DNA of 64,000 nt from a virus. Positions 9,313-19,380 of this stretch are shown here, in pieces. The position numbers and the translations under genes were made by a program. Numbering within the stretch: the stretch's first letter is position 1; every line of letters begins with the position of its first letter. The stretch covers positions 56,877 to 120,876 of the IMG/VR virus record IMGVR_UViG_3300035666_000005. One strand, given 5' to 3'. A model generated the notes under the pieces. It was not told where the DNA came from. It saw only the letters and a list, made by a program, of their open reading frames with translations, and ran no database searches.

Positions 9313-12300
9313 TCATCTAGTTCTCGGTGCAACGCGTGGCAATATCCCCTGTCTTTCTGCGGAAGCGACCATTTCTGCAGCGCGACCATATTTCTGATCC
9401 ATTTCGCTTTTGATTTGAGTAATCAGTGGACCGACTCTTGCTTCAATTTCTGAACCGAGTTCTTTTGCGTAATCTTGGGTTTTTCCTCCGGTCTGGGCTT
9501 CGTTTACGGTTAAACCGCCCAAGCTAACAGAAACCGCAGAAAATTCTGGAACAGAATTGGCAAAGTTGGGAATGTACATACGATTAGCCATTGCCATTCT
9601 TTCTTTCGCAATATTATTTTTTTCTTGTGGTGTATTAAAAGTTGCCATTCCTTCGGGATTATTTAATCCCTGGACTTCTGGTTGACGTTTTTGATAAACT
9701 TCGTTTGGAGCAAAGCCAGCATTGACTTCGTCCATAAATGAATTTATTTTAGGCAAAAAGCCTTCTGAGTAATTTTTAATTCTAGCGTTTGCGTTATTTT
9801 TTTCCATTTCGCGCAATACTTCTTGTGCTGGCCGTCCATCAATAAGCCCAGCCCCGCCAGGACCATAAGTGGGCTGCTCAGAATTTAAAGGGGATCCCGT
9901 TTTTGGGTCAAGACCAGCAGCAATCATGGCTCTATCATAGGCGGGATCAGATGGACGATTCGTCCGACCTTCTGCTAAGACTTCTCGCGTTGGGCGACCG
10001 TCAATAAAACCTTGACTACGTTGATCCTTTGGAATTCCTACGATTTCATCGATTACAGATTCGTTTCTAGCTCTTTGATATAAAGCTTCTTGATCTCTTC
10101 CGTAAGCCATCGCTCTATCATAACCCTCATTCGGATCTATTCCCTGTTTAGCCCACTCTGCATAAGCTTGTTTTACAGGATCATTCTTTTCATGCTTTTC
10201 GTAAATTTCTCTCAGTGACTCATATCTGCCTTGTTCATATAAGCGTTTGAATTCTTGTGTTTTCGCCATCAAAGCCCTTTTTTGGTCCATAGATTGGCGG
10301 GTTGGCCTATTATAAAAACCTTCTTGGCCAGAAAGTGCTTGGGTATAAGCTTCTACCAAGCTTTGTAGCATGAATTTGGCATTTGCTTGGGTAGTTCTTT
10401 CTGCGCGGCGAATTTCTGTTGTGGGTTTTATTCCGGCGCGGTCTGTAGATGTAGCGATATTAAATGTTCCGCCAGCCCCAGGTCCGCGCAAACCAAGCCG
10501 TTGTGCATCAACAGTAAACGTACCCGCTCCACCATATTCATCAATTTCATAACGATCACCAGTCATTTCATAACTTCTTGCTAAAGTCTCGCGTCCTCTT
10601 TTAATAACTGCTTCTGTTCTTTTAATAACTGCTTCTGTTCTTGCTCGTTCTTTAGCCCTTTGAGCGGCTAATTTATCTCTTGCCATCATTTGTTTATCGC
10701 TTTGGCGAGATTTGTTCCATTCTTTTTGTCTATAAAATAAAGTACTTAAATTATATAATTCTCTTGGGTTCAAAAAGTCGCTTGCGTTAGCTCCGGTTTT
10801 TCTAAATTCTGAAACTAAAGGTTCAGCAGCCTTATCATAAGATTTTTCTATTTCATTTATTTTTTCAAGAGTTTTGTCACGTTCTTTTATTAAATTATTT
10901 AATTGATCATTATCTTTATATAGTGATGGATCCCATCCAAAATATTCTTTTAATCTACGATCTCTTTCGGGGGAAGTTAAATCTAATTCTGCCAAATTGT
11001 TCCAAGCTTGTTTTGAACGATTTTCGTCCCAGTTAGCTCTTTTTGCCATGTGATTATAAAAGCTCTTTTTTTTCTCTTCCTGAAAAATGTCAACAAGAGT
11101 ATTGAGTTCAGTTTTTGACTTCGTTAAAGGATCTAACTCTTTTTTATATTTTTGATTTATTTCGTTTGCTTGTTTGATAAGACTATAAGGTATTTCTGGC
11201 ATTGGCACAAAACCTTCTGCGAAATTTGGAATATAACCTTCCGCCATGTTTTTGAAAGGATTTTTTATAATTTCCGGCTTTTTCTTTTTCCTGCGGATAT
11301 ATTTTCCGTCTTTATCAAAATAAGGATTTGGTTTAAATTTCGGATTTTTGAGAAGAAAAAGCTCGTTTCGAAGTGCCTGCTTTTTGCCGTAATCTTTATC
11401 TTGATAACCAAAGTCACCAGGTTCTGGCGTGCGAGGAATCTCATATTCAAGCTCAGAGATTCTTTGGTATAGCTCCCACTCTGGAGTATCCAAAGCACTC
11501 ATGATGCTTCCCATCCCACTCGTTATTCTTTGATTCGATGATGACCCAGAAATGCCCGACTTTGGAACAAAACCTTCCGCCATGTTTTTGAAAGGATTTT
11601 TAATTTCCGGCTTTTTCTTTTTCCTGCGGATATATTTTCCGTCTTTATCAAAATAAGGATTTGGTTTAACGCCATCTTTTGTAAGAATTTCTGCTTTTGG
11701 ATTTTGAAGAAGAAAAAGCTCTCTTTCAAGTTGTTCTAATTCGACTCTTTGCAGATATGATACTGGGGGTGTTAATTGTTTAATTTTTGTTTTAACTGAT
11801 AAAATCCTACTTTCTAATTCGTGACGTGGATCGTCAAGATATTTATCAAGTTCTGTCGTATCGAGTTTTGGCAACGATCCTTTTGCCGCGCGTTGCATAT
11901 CACGAGTTAAAAGAGCATCTTCTCCGGTCCCCATGTAATTTTTAATTAATTGTTCTCCTATATTCGCAACAACAGGTGCGCCATTAAAATTGGGTATGAA
12001 TGTGGGACGATCTGATGGGCGTGCGCCACCAACGCCTCTTTTTACGTCGCGCTTTTCTGCGATCATTGCAGGAATGGCTTCTAAAGGAATCGATCCAGAC
12101 GAATATGTTTTCGGAAGTTCTGGCTTTGGTGCAGTTCTATCTATAACGGGTTTTTCAGTTGGCAGGGTTGCGTTAGAAAAAGGATCTTGTAAAAATTTTG
12201 CTATTTTTAAGTCAGCACTATTTTGCGTATTTTGAATAGCCTTTAAAATTTCTTCAAGAGTTTTATTCGCGGCAGAAAATTGCAAAGATATAATTTTATT

Positions 12301-15300
12301 AGTATCCCCCGCAAGAAGCGATAGAGCGCTATCACCACCTTCGCCGAGTAATTTTTGTAATTCTGGCGGGAGTGAAGATTTTGCCTGTTCAATAAGTTTT
12401 TGATTTAATTCTCCAACTTTATTTTCGCCTTCTACTTGTTGTGTCGCAACTGTTTTACTATAACGTTTAATAAGTTCTGCATCAGATAATTGAGCAGCTT
12501 CCGGCTCCCCAATTTGTTCGGCGATTGATCTCCTAAAGCCTTCTAAGATTTCTCTTCCAGCCTCTCCTTCTACTCCGCCAAGTCCACTGATGACATTCGT
12601 TAATTGATTTTCAATATCTAATGCCCTAGCATCACGAATTGCGCTAATAACCGCGCTATTTTGACCTAACTCGGGGCCAAGGTTACGCCCAGTAATTTTA
12701 CTTAATTCGCTAACAACTCTTTGCAAGTTCCTACCAACTTCAATAATGCCTTTTTCTCCAGTTGGTTCCCCTATAATTTTTAAATTTGCAACGGCTTTAT
12801 CAAGACCTTCTGTGATACTGATATCATCATTAATAAAAGCCTGCAAACCACCAAAAGCACTATTAATAGAGGTTATTAGTTCGCGTAAACTTTCTTGAAA
12901 TTTTTGATTGGCAAGAATTGTTTTTTGCTCGATTAAAACTGCTTTATTTTTTACGAGTTCTTGATTAGTTTTATTTATGGCCTCACGAATAGCGTCTAAA
13001 CGTTTTTCACCTTCGGGGTCACCTTCGGGAATTTGTAGTGCTTGTGCAATTTCAGATAATTTAGCTTCTACGTCAAAACCAGTAAAAGTTGTCGGGTCTC
13101 CGATATCCAATAAACTACGAAACTGCTCTATATCAAAACCTTGTTTAACTGCTTCAGCTAAAACTCCTGCGGTTTCTAAATTTGCTTCGGCATTTTTTTG
13201 TGCATTATCGTCTCCGCCGATTGTACTCAAAGCTGCAAAAGATTGTCTTTGTTGTTCAAGAAATGCGCTACCAATTAAACTAATTGTTTCCCCAACAGAA
13301 TCTTTTATCGTATTGGCAAAATCCCCTTCTATTCTAAGAAGCTCTCCTTGTGTTTTACTGTCTGCCCGTCCAGCAGGGGTAGTTATTCCAAAAAGTTCTT
13401 CTTGAACGGCTTTTGTTTCAAATTGCGATACGCCGATGTTTGTTCCAGATTTTCTAATAGATGATTCACCCAAAAGTTGTAAATCAAGGGCAGACTGGCT
13501 TTGTCGCGCTAATTTCGCATAATTAGATTGTACGGTTTGTAAAGTTTTAGTTATTAATGCTATTACTTTATTGTTTTCACCGCTATTTCTCCCCGTCGCC
13601 TCTAAAGACGCTTTTAATTTATTTGCGGGGTCCGCAAGTTCGGCTATTAATTTTAAACCAACGCTAGGATTAAGTTTAAGAACAGCAACAAGATCATTAA
13701 TATTACTTTTACTTAAACCACTAAGAGGGGCTGTTTGAGTTAAAAGGTTTTCAAACTCTTCAAATATTTTATTCGCTTCATCTGTTGCGAAACCGGTAGG
13801 GCCGCCATCTGTTATTAAAGACCTCCGAGATATTTCCGATAATTGATTTATGCTATTTTCATCTAATTGCGTAATATTAATAATATCAGAAAAATTTTCT
13901 CCAATTTTGTCAAATTGTTTTTCAGAAATATTACCAGTAGATCTAGGCAGGGATTCAACTAAACTTGTTACAGCTAAATTTTTTTGCTGCGCTAGTGTAT
14001 TTTCTAAAACAGCATTTGTATTTTCTCCGATTACTTTTTGTAGAGATATAAAATCTTGATTTATTACAGCGGCGCTAGCTCCAGAAACTAATTCCGGAGT
14101 ATCTCTAAATTCTTTTCTAATAAATGAAAGTAAATCGGCTTCTAATTGGCCAGCTCTCTCGCCTTGACCAGCTTCTCTTAATTGTTTAATCTGTTCAAAA
14201 CTAGTTTGAACTTTTTGTCCCGCGTCATTTATCTTTGTAAGATTTTCAGAAGCCTTTTGTGCGGCGGCAGATAATTCTGGAATATCGGTAGACGCTTGTT
14301 TAATAACATCTATTAGCCCAAGCAAAGCTCCAGCGCTACCACCAATTGCCGCGCCAACAAGTGGATTTGGTGCCAGCATTGCCCCAAGACCAGCAAAAGA
14401 TCCCACTTGACCCAGAGCGCTAGCCCCAGCACCTAATGTTCTATCTGCTTTGGTTTCTTTCCCAATGGCATTCGCAATTGTTTCTGCAATAATTGGAGCT
14501 GCGATGGTTAAACCAATACCGCCTGCGCCAATAGCTGCGCCAGCTCTTTGACCACCTGTAGCTCCGTATCTTCCTTCTAACCCTCGAGCTTGGGCCTCTT
14601 CACCTGTTATTTTTCCCATTGCGACGAGTTGAGTATTAGCTGCTTTTTGAGCCTTTGTTAATTCTCCTGTTACCCGACCAGCTTCTTTATTTTTTTGAGT
14701 TAATTCAGTTAAACTTTGTTTATAAGAATCTCCAAAACCTTGAAGGCCAAAACCTAAAAATCCAATTTGAGTTGCAAGAGCCCCGAGTGAAGATCCTAAA
14801 TCTGCTGCTTGGGTATCTTCTGGTGCGAAGTTTGGAACAAAACCGCGAGCGAGACCTTGGGAGGCCGCCGAATTTTGAATCGCGCGCTTTAGACCTTCTG
14901 GATGATCTTTTTTAATCATCGCATTAAAATTAGACGATTGTCCGGGCTGGCGAACATATTGCATTCCTTTGTATTCGTCAAGCACAGCCCCTTTTCCGGC
15001 TTTTTTCTCTGTCTGTATAGCTCTTTCTCTAGCTTCTGTAATTGTTTTAGCAAAATTTGGAATAAAGCCAGCAGCTTTTCCTACAATACCAAATCTATCC
15101 CTTAAAGCTTGTCTTATCGCAACACTTCCAGTAACCCCCTCTTTTCTTAATTGGTCTACTGCGGCAGATCTTTCTTTAAGATAAGCGGCTCCAGCTTTAC
15201 CACTAGTTTTTTGAACAGTTGCTCCAGGTTTAGTTTCATTAAGAAGCTTTTGTAAAACTTCATTCGTTAATTCTGGAGATCTTTTTGCATCATATATCCC

Positions 15301-18300
15301 AGGAGCATTATTAAATATTGATCTTAGTCTTGGACTGATCTTACGAAAATCAATTCCGGCGTTCTGTTTTCTAACTTGATTCTGTAACAATGTTGTAATA
15401 CCGCCTTCAAAAGCAACACCTACAGCGCCTTTTGCGGCACCAGCGTTTGGAAGTTCATCGGCAGATTTTAAGAAATTAAAACCACCCAATGACTGACCAA
15501 ATTGATTAGCTTGTTTTACTAAGAAATCATCTATCTCTGTATCTAAATCTGGTAGTTGTGATTTAAGTTTGTCTTTATTTATTCCTGCTACTGGAATATT
15601 ACCTGTATATTGTTGTTTTAAATATGTTGCAGTGGCTGGCGCTAATTCATATGGTCCAGAAAGCCCAGGATAAATAAGAGATAAAACTTTTTTACCAAGT
15701 TTATTTGGAATTTTATCTAAATTTCCTAATTGAATTGGAGGGTTTTTTGTTTGGGCAAAATTTGGGATAAAGCCAGAAGCTAAATTTTTAAATGGAGCAT
15801 AAGATAAAATAATATTTTTTAATTTTAATTCATCAATAGTTCTATTTTTATATTTACCTCCAGCAGTTTGACCTTCATATTGTAAAGCTTTTGCGATTAA
15901 TATATTATCTGAAACTTTTCTTTGTGTTATTTTAGATTCTACTAAATAACTACCCCCCTGTTTTTTGACTAAAAAGTCCGCCCCAAATAAATCACCTTGC
16001 TTTTCTGCTACGCGACCTTTAGAACCAAAACGTCGCTGGGAATCTATTTCCCCCATTGCCCCTTTAATATTTGTATTATTAGAACGATCTTTTTTGGGGT
16101 CTAATAATGTTTGTGGTTTAATTTTATCTGTAAATTTAGAAATTGGTATTCCGCGATATTGCGAATTTTGGAAAATTGAGGCAACAGAAGAAGGATTTGA
16201 AGAAGCTTGATTTCTTATATTTTTAATAATATTATCTGCTTCTTTAGTATATTCTTTTACATTTTTAGGTAATGGTAATCTTTTTATGTTTGGCCTAAAA
16301 TATTCATCTTTTATTCCTTTATCTTTCGAATCTCCAACATTATATAAGTTTTGCAATAACCCTGCGGATCTTGACGCTTGTTTTTGTAAATTAGCAATTG
16401 TATCAACCGCGAAATTTGGAATAAAACCTTTTGCTTTATTTCTATCACTCTTATCTAAAATACTTCCACTTTCGCCATTAGCGATCATCTTTGTCGCTTC
16501 TTTAATTCCGTTTCCATATTTTGGAATTACTGCTGTTTCGCCTGTATTGGCAAAATTTCTTATTTGTAATTCTTGATTATTTGCTTCAAAAGATTTGCCC
16601 CCAATTTTTCCTACACCACGAACAGCCTTAACATTAGATGTAGCTCCTAATACTTTCGCTTGAAACTCTTCAGCAAAATTAGGAATATACCCACCAGCTT
16701 TTCCAGGTTTTGAAGTTTTTGCAACGGGAACTCCACCAGCAACTGTAACACTACCAGACCGAATAAATTGTGACGCAATTTTTGCAGAAATAGCTTCTTG
16801 TTTTTGTAATTCTAAAGTTTGTGCTCTTAAACTATTTAATAAAATTTCAGCGCCTTTATTTAAACCAGCGCTTCCTTGCTGCATTAATTTAAATAGTTCT
16901 GGATTTTTTTGTAAAATTTGTGCTACACTTTGCTGTAATTGCTGTTGTTGTTTAGAAGCTGTATTTAAATTTAAAAGTTCTTTTAAACTTCCAGTCGCAA
17001 ATTTTGCCAAATCTGAAAAAAGTTTAATAAAAATTCCGCCAATTAGTGCAAGTCCTGGGCCAGCAATTACTTGACCTAATCCATCTAAAATACCTTTTCC
17101 TAATGTGGCTCCCACTCCTTGCCCATCAGATTCATTAATACCACCAAGAATCTCATTCGTATTACCTACAACCCTATCAAAAGCTGGGCCAAATAATCTC
17201 TCACCAATTCCAGCCCCAGCCTGTTTAGCATTTTCTCTTAAAGCGTTTAATTGGGCAGCGTAAGTTTTATTTAATTCTTCATTACGACGAATAGCTTGGT
17301 CAGTAGTAGAGGCAGCGACCTGTAAAGCGTTATTGTATATAGAATATTCTTTACCTAAGTCTGCCAATGCAGATTTTAAAATGTTAATTTGGAATACGCC
17401 GCCAACTTTTTCTGCGACCTCTGCTTGTTGTAACGTTCCAAGTTGATCGTAAACTTTAGCAAGATCTGTTAATAAATTAATAGTACTTTTAATTTCTCCA
17501 GAAGAATCTCTTGTATTAACTCCCAAGCCTTCTAGTAAATCAACAACTTTAGTTCTTTGAAGTCTTGTGAAAATAGTTTTAAAGGAGTTACCGATTACCG
17601 CGCCACCACGAGCAGTTGTTTGTTGAGCCGAAGTAACAATGGCTATGAGTTCATTTAACGAAACGCCTGATTGAGCCGCACTACTACCAACACGACTAAT
17701 TGCTTCTGCAAGATCTGCAGAACTTACCGCAAAAGCTGCATCAACATTAGCAAACTTATTAACAATTTCTGTCGCCGTTACGGCTTGGCTAGCAAAAGAG
17801 TTTACTGACGCGGTAAGAGCTTCAACACTTTTAGCGGCATCCAATCCACTCAAACGAGAAAGAATTAAGGCCTCGTTAGTTCTTTTTAATGTTTCTGCGA
17901 CACCCAAACCTTGACGAGAAAATTCTGTAGCGGCTTTGGCAACTTCTGCGAAACTTTGCCCAGTATTTTTAGCGATACTAAATAAATTAGAACCAAATTT
18001 ATTTAATTCAGAAGAAGAGACATTTAAAATAACATTAATATCTGCTAAAGCTTTTTGGGTTTCTATGACAGAGCTGGCTAAAGCAGTAAAAGCTCTTTGT
18101 ACTCCAAAAATAATTCCAGCACTAGCACCGAAAGCGATAACACGCGCATTAGAAGCATCTAACGATTTAGTAAATTCATTTACTTTACCAGTAATCCTTC
18201 CAAGAGGCTGGTCGCCCCTTGTCTTTAAATTAATGTTGTAAGAACGACTAACAAGCTTTTGAATGTCTTTTTCAGCCTGTCTTGTATTTGCGCCTACATC

Positions 18301-18318
18301 AATATTAATAGCAGCCAT
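9313..18318 (-). CDS. Tail tape measure protein (3001 aa) with inserted cargo modules
   Basis: N-terminal TP901-type TMP domain (FSRQGL...FAVSSADLAEA...GGAVIGNSFKTIFTRL), Ala/Gly-rich hydrophobic stretches, canonical position after tail tube and chaperones. Confidence 0.92.
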   Translation of the reverse strand: MAAINIDVGANTRQAEKDIQKLVSRSYNINLKTRGDQPLGRITGKVNEFTKSLDASNARVIAFGASAGIIFGVQRAFTALASSVIETQKALADINVILNVSSSELNKFGSNLFSIAKNTGQSFAEVAKAATEFSRQGLGVAETLKRTNEALILSRLSGLDAAKSVEALTASVNSFASQAVTATEIVNKFANVDAAFAVSSADLAEAISRVGSSAAQSGVSLNELIAIVTSAQQTTARGGAVIGNSFKTIFTRLQRTKVVDLLEGLGVNTRDSSGEIKSTINLLTDLAKVYDQLGTLQQAEVAEKVGGVFQINILKSALADLGKEYSIYNNALQVAASTTDQAIRRNEELNKTYAAQLNALRENAKQAGAGIGERLFGPAFDRVVGNTNEILGGINESDGQGVGATLGKGILDGLGQVIAGPGLALIGGIFIKLFSDLAKFATGSLKELLNLNTASKQQQQLQQSVAQILQKNPELFKLMQQGSAGLNKGAEILLNSLRAQTLELQKQEAISAKIASQFIRSGSVTVAGGVPVAKTSKPGKAGGYIPNFAEEFQAKVLGATSNVKAVRGVGKIGGKSFEANNQELQIRNFANTGETAVIPKYGNGIKEATKMIANGESGSILDKSDRNKAKGFIPNFAVDTIANLQKQASRSAGLLQNLYNVGDSKDKGIKDEYFRPNIKRLPLPKNVKEYTKEADNIIKNIRNQASSNPSSVASIFQNSQYRGIPISKFTDKIKPQTLLDPKKDRSNNTNIKGAMGEIDSQRRFGSKGRVAEKQGDLFGADFLVKKQGGSYLVESKITQRKVSDNILIAKALQYEGQTAGGKYKNRTIDELKLKNIILSYAPFKNLASGFIPNFAQTKNPPIQLGNLDKIPNKLGKKVLSLIYPGLSGPYELAPATATYLKQQYTGNIPVAGINKDKLKSQLPDLDTEIDDFLVKQANQFGQSLGGFNFLKSADELPNAGAAKGAVGVAFEGGITTLLQNQVRKQNAGIDFRKISPRLRSIFNNAPGIYDAKRSPELTNEVLQKLLNETKPGATVQKTSGKAGAAYLKERSAAVDQLRKEGVTGSVAIRQALRDRFGIVGKAAGFIPNFAKTITEARERAIQTEKKAGKGAVLDEYKGMQYVRQPGQSSNFNAMIKKDHPEGLKRAIQNSAASQGLARGFVPNFAPEDTQAADLGSSLGALATQIGFLGFGLQGFGDSYKQSLTELTQKNKEAGRVTGELTKAQKAANTQLVAMGKITGEEAQARGLEGRYGATGGQRAGAAIGAGGIGLTIAAPIIAETIANAIGKETKADRTLGAGASALGQVGSFAGLGAMLAPNPLVGAAIGGSAGALLGLIDVIKQASTDIPELSAAAQKASENLTKINDAGQKVQTSFEQIKQLREAGQGERAGQLEADLLSFIRKEFRDTPELVSGASAAVINQDFISLQKVIGENTNAVLENTLAQQKNLAVTSLVESLPRSTGNISEKQFDKIGENFSDIINITQLDENSINQLSEISRRSLITDGGPTGFATDEANKIFEEFENLLTQTAPLSGLSKSNINDLVAVLKLNPSVGLKLIAELADPANKLKASLEATGRNSGENNKVIALITKTLQTVQSNYAKLARQSQSALDLQLLGESSIRKSGTNIGVSQFETKAVQEELFGITTPAGRADSKTQGELLRIEGDFANTIKDSVGETISLIGSAFLEQQRQSFAALSTIGGDDNAQKNAEANLETAGVLAEAVKQGFDIEQFRSLLDIGDPTTFTGFDVEAKLSEIAQALQIPEGDPEGEKRLDAIREAINKTNQELVKNKAVLIEQKTILANQKFQESLRELITSINSAFGGLQAFINDDISITEGLDKAVANLKIIGEPTGEKGIIEVGRNLQRVVSELSKITGRNLGPELGQNSAVISAIRDARALDIENQLTNVISGLGGVEGEAGREILEGFRRSIAEQIGEPEAAQLSDAELIKRYSKTVATQQVEGENKVGELNQKLIEQAKSSLPPELQKLLGEGGDSALSLLAGDTNKIISLQFSAANKTLEEILKAIQNTQNSADLKIAKFLQDPFSNATLPTEKPVIDRTAPKPELPKTYSSGSIPLEAIPAMIAEKRDVKRGVGGARPSDRPTFIPNFNGAPVVANIGEQLIKNYMGTGEDALLTRDMQRAAKGSLPKLDTTELDKYLDDPRHELESRILSVKTKIKQLTPPVSYLQRVELEQLERELFLLQNPKAEILTKDGVKPNPYFDKDGKYIRRKKKKPEIKNPFKNMAEGFVPKSGISGSSSNQRITSGMGSIMSALDTPEWELYQRISELEYEIPRTPEPGDFGYQDKDYGKKQALRNELFLLKNPKFKPNPYFDKDGKYIRRKKKKPEIIKNPFKNMAEGYIPNFAEGFVPMPEIPYSLIKQANEINQKYKKELDPLTKSKTELNTLVDIFQEEKKKSFYNHMAKRANWDENRSKQAWNNLAELDLTSPERDRRLKEYFGWDPSLYKDNDQLNNLIKERDKTLEKINEIEKSYDKAAEPLVSEFRKTGANASDFLNPRELYNLSTLFYRQKEWNKSRQSDKQMMARDKLAAQRAKERARTEAVIKRTEAVIKRGRETLARSYEMTGDRYEIDEYGGAGTFTVDAQRLGLRGPGAGGTFNIATSTDRAGIKPTTEIRRAERTTQANAKFMLQSLVEAYTQALSGQEGFYNRPTRQSMDQKRALMAKTQEFKRLYEQGRYESLREIYEKHEKNDPVKQAYAEWAKQGIDPNEGYDRAMAYGRDQEALYQRARNESVIDEIVGIPKDQRSQGFIDGRPTREVLAEGRTNRPSDPAYDRAMIAAGLDPKTGSPLNSEQPTYGPGGAGLIDGRPAQEVLREMEKNNANARIKNYSEGFLPKINSFMDEVNAGFAPNEVYQKRQPEVQGLNNPEGMATFNTPQEKNNIAKERMAMANRMYIPNFANSVPEFSAVSVSLGGLTVNEAQTGGKTQDYAKELGSEIEARVGPLITQIKSEMDQKYGRAAEMVASAERQGILPRVAPRTR
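11235..11669. repeat. Near-identical ~100-bp direct repeat inside the tape measure gene (copies ~11235-11336 and ~11571-11669)
   Basis: Both copies encode KPNPYFDKDGKYIRRKKKKPEI(I)KNPFKNMAEG; they differ by one inserted codon. Confidence 0.9.
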
Positions 18319-18356
18319 GGTGTAAATTCCTTTTTCCTAATATTATTATTTACACT

Positions 18357-19379
18357 TTATCTATTTTCACGCGCCTTTAAATACTGTTCTTTTTCTAAAG
18401 TTCCTCCAGCTTCTTGAGCCATTTGCAATAATGTTTTGCCACCTTTTAATTTATCTATCTGTGTGCCCATCTTTTTTAAATCTTCGGATGTAGCTCCAAC
18501 CGTGCTACTAACCATATTATTGCCACCAGTTTTTTTTCTGCTTTTGATAGGAGATCCCTTTTTATCTGGGGTTTGATTTTCTACCCATAAGACAAATTTT
18601 TCGGCGTCAGCCACAACATCATCTGGAACAGGCTTGCCATTTTCTGCGTAATTTCTAATTAAATTCTTATACATTTTACCATATACTAATAAATCAATTT
18701 GATATTTAGTGCATAAAACTGTGGGTTTACCCCAAAAACTATAAGCGTCTTCATTCAAATAAACTAAATTTTGAAAAAATCCAGAAGCCGCGACATGTTT
18801 TAAACTCAAAGCGCCAAAAACATTCGAATACTTGTTAAAAGCCTCTTTTATTTTATCAGAAAAACCGTCTGATAAATTGTAATATTCTTCTTGAGAGAAA
18901 GCTTGTTCTGTTAATTCTCGATTTTTAAAGGTTAAAGCAATGACTGTTTCATCTAAAAATCGTTTTGATGTATAATCTTCTGCCGTAAAGCTTACAATTT
19001 CATTACGTTCTTTGGCAAAAGTCATTAAAATACCTTGAGTTCTACGAATTTGTTTATCTATGCCTTCCCGCTGAGAAGGGAGAACTAACTTGGATTTTGT
19101 TTTGATTAAATTTGTAACGGTCTTTTTTAATCCCTGTATCTCCATTTCCTTTTCTTTTGACCACCACCCCTCCTCTATGGCTTCTCTAATTTTTTCTTCT
19201 TCTGTCGGAAGCCCTTGACGCTGAACATCTTTTAAAATTAAATCATAATTATTATAAATACTAAAGTATTCAGAAAAACTAGGATGTTTAAAATAAAATA
19301 TTTTTTTACTAATCTTTTCTTCTGAAAAGCCTTTTGCTATTTCATTATAGATACGACCATACTCAAAATCTTTATCCAC
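18357..19379 (-). CDS. Putative tail assembly chaperone
   Basis: Helical protein directly upstream of the tape measure gene; position only. Confidence 0.45.
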   Translation of the reverse strand: MDKDFEYGRIYNEIAKGFSEEKISKKIFYFKHPSFSEYFSIYNNYDLILKDVQRQGLPTEEEKIREAIEEGWWSKEKEMEIQGLKKTVTNLIKTKSKLVLPSQREGIDKQIRRTQGILMTFAKERNEIVSFTAEDYTSKRFLDETVIALTFKNRELTEQAFSQEEYYNLSDGFSDKIKEAFNKYSNVFGALSLKHVAASGFFQNLVYLNEDAYSFWGKPTVLCTKYQIDLLVYGKMYKNLIRNYAENGKPVPDDVVADAEKFVLWVENQTPDKKGSPIKSRKKTGGNNMVSSTVGATSEDLKKMGTQIDKLKGGKTLLQMAQEAGGTLEKEQYLKARENR

Positions 19380-19380
19380 A

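Noticed and set aside
11270-11635. RRKKKK as a nuclear localisation signal, implying a eukaryotic virus
   Set aside because: Peptidoglycan endolysin, sigma factor and tailed-phage modules indicate a bacterial host.
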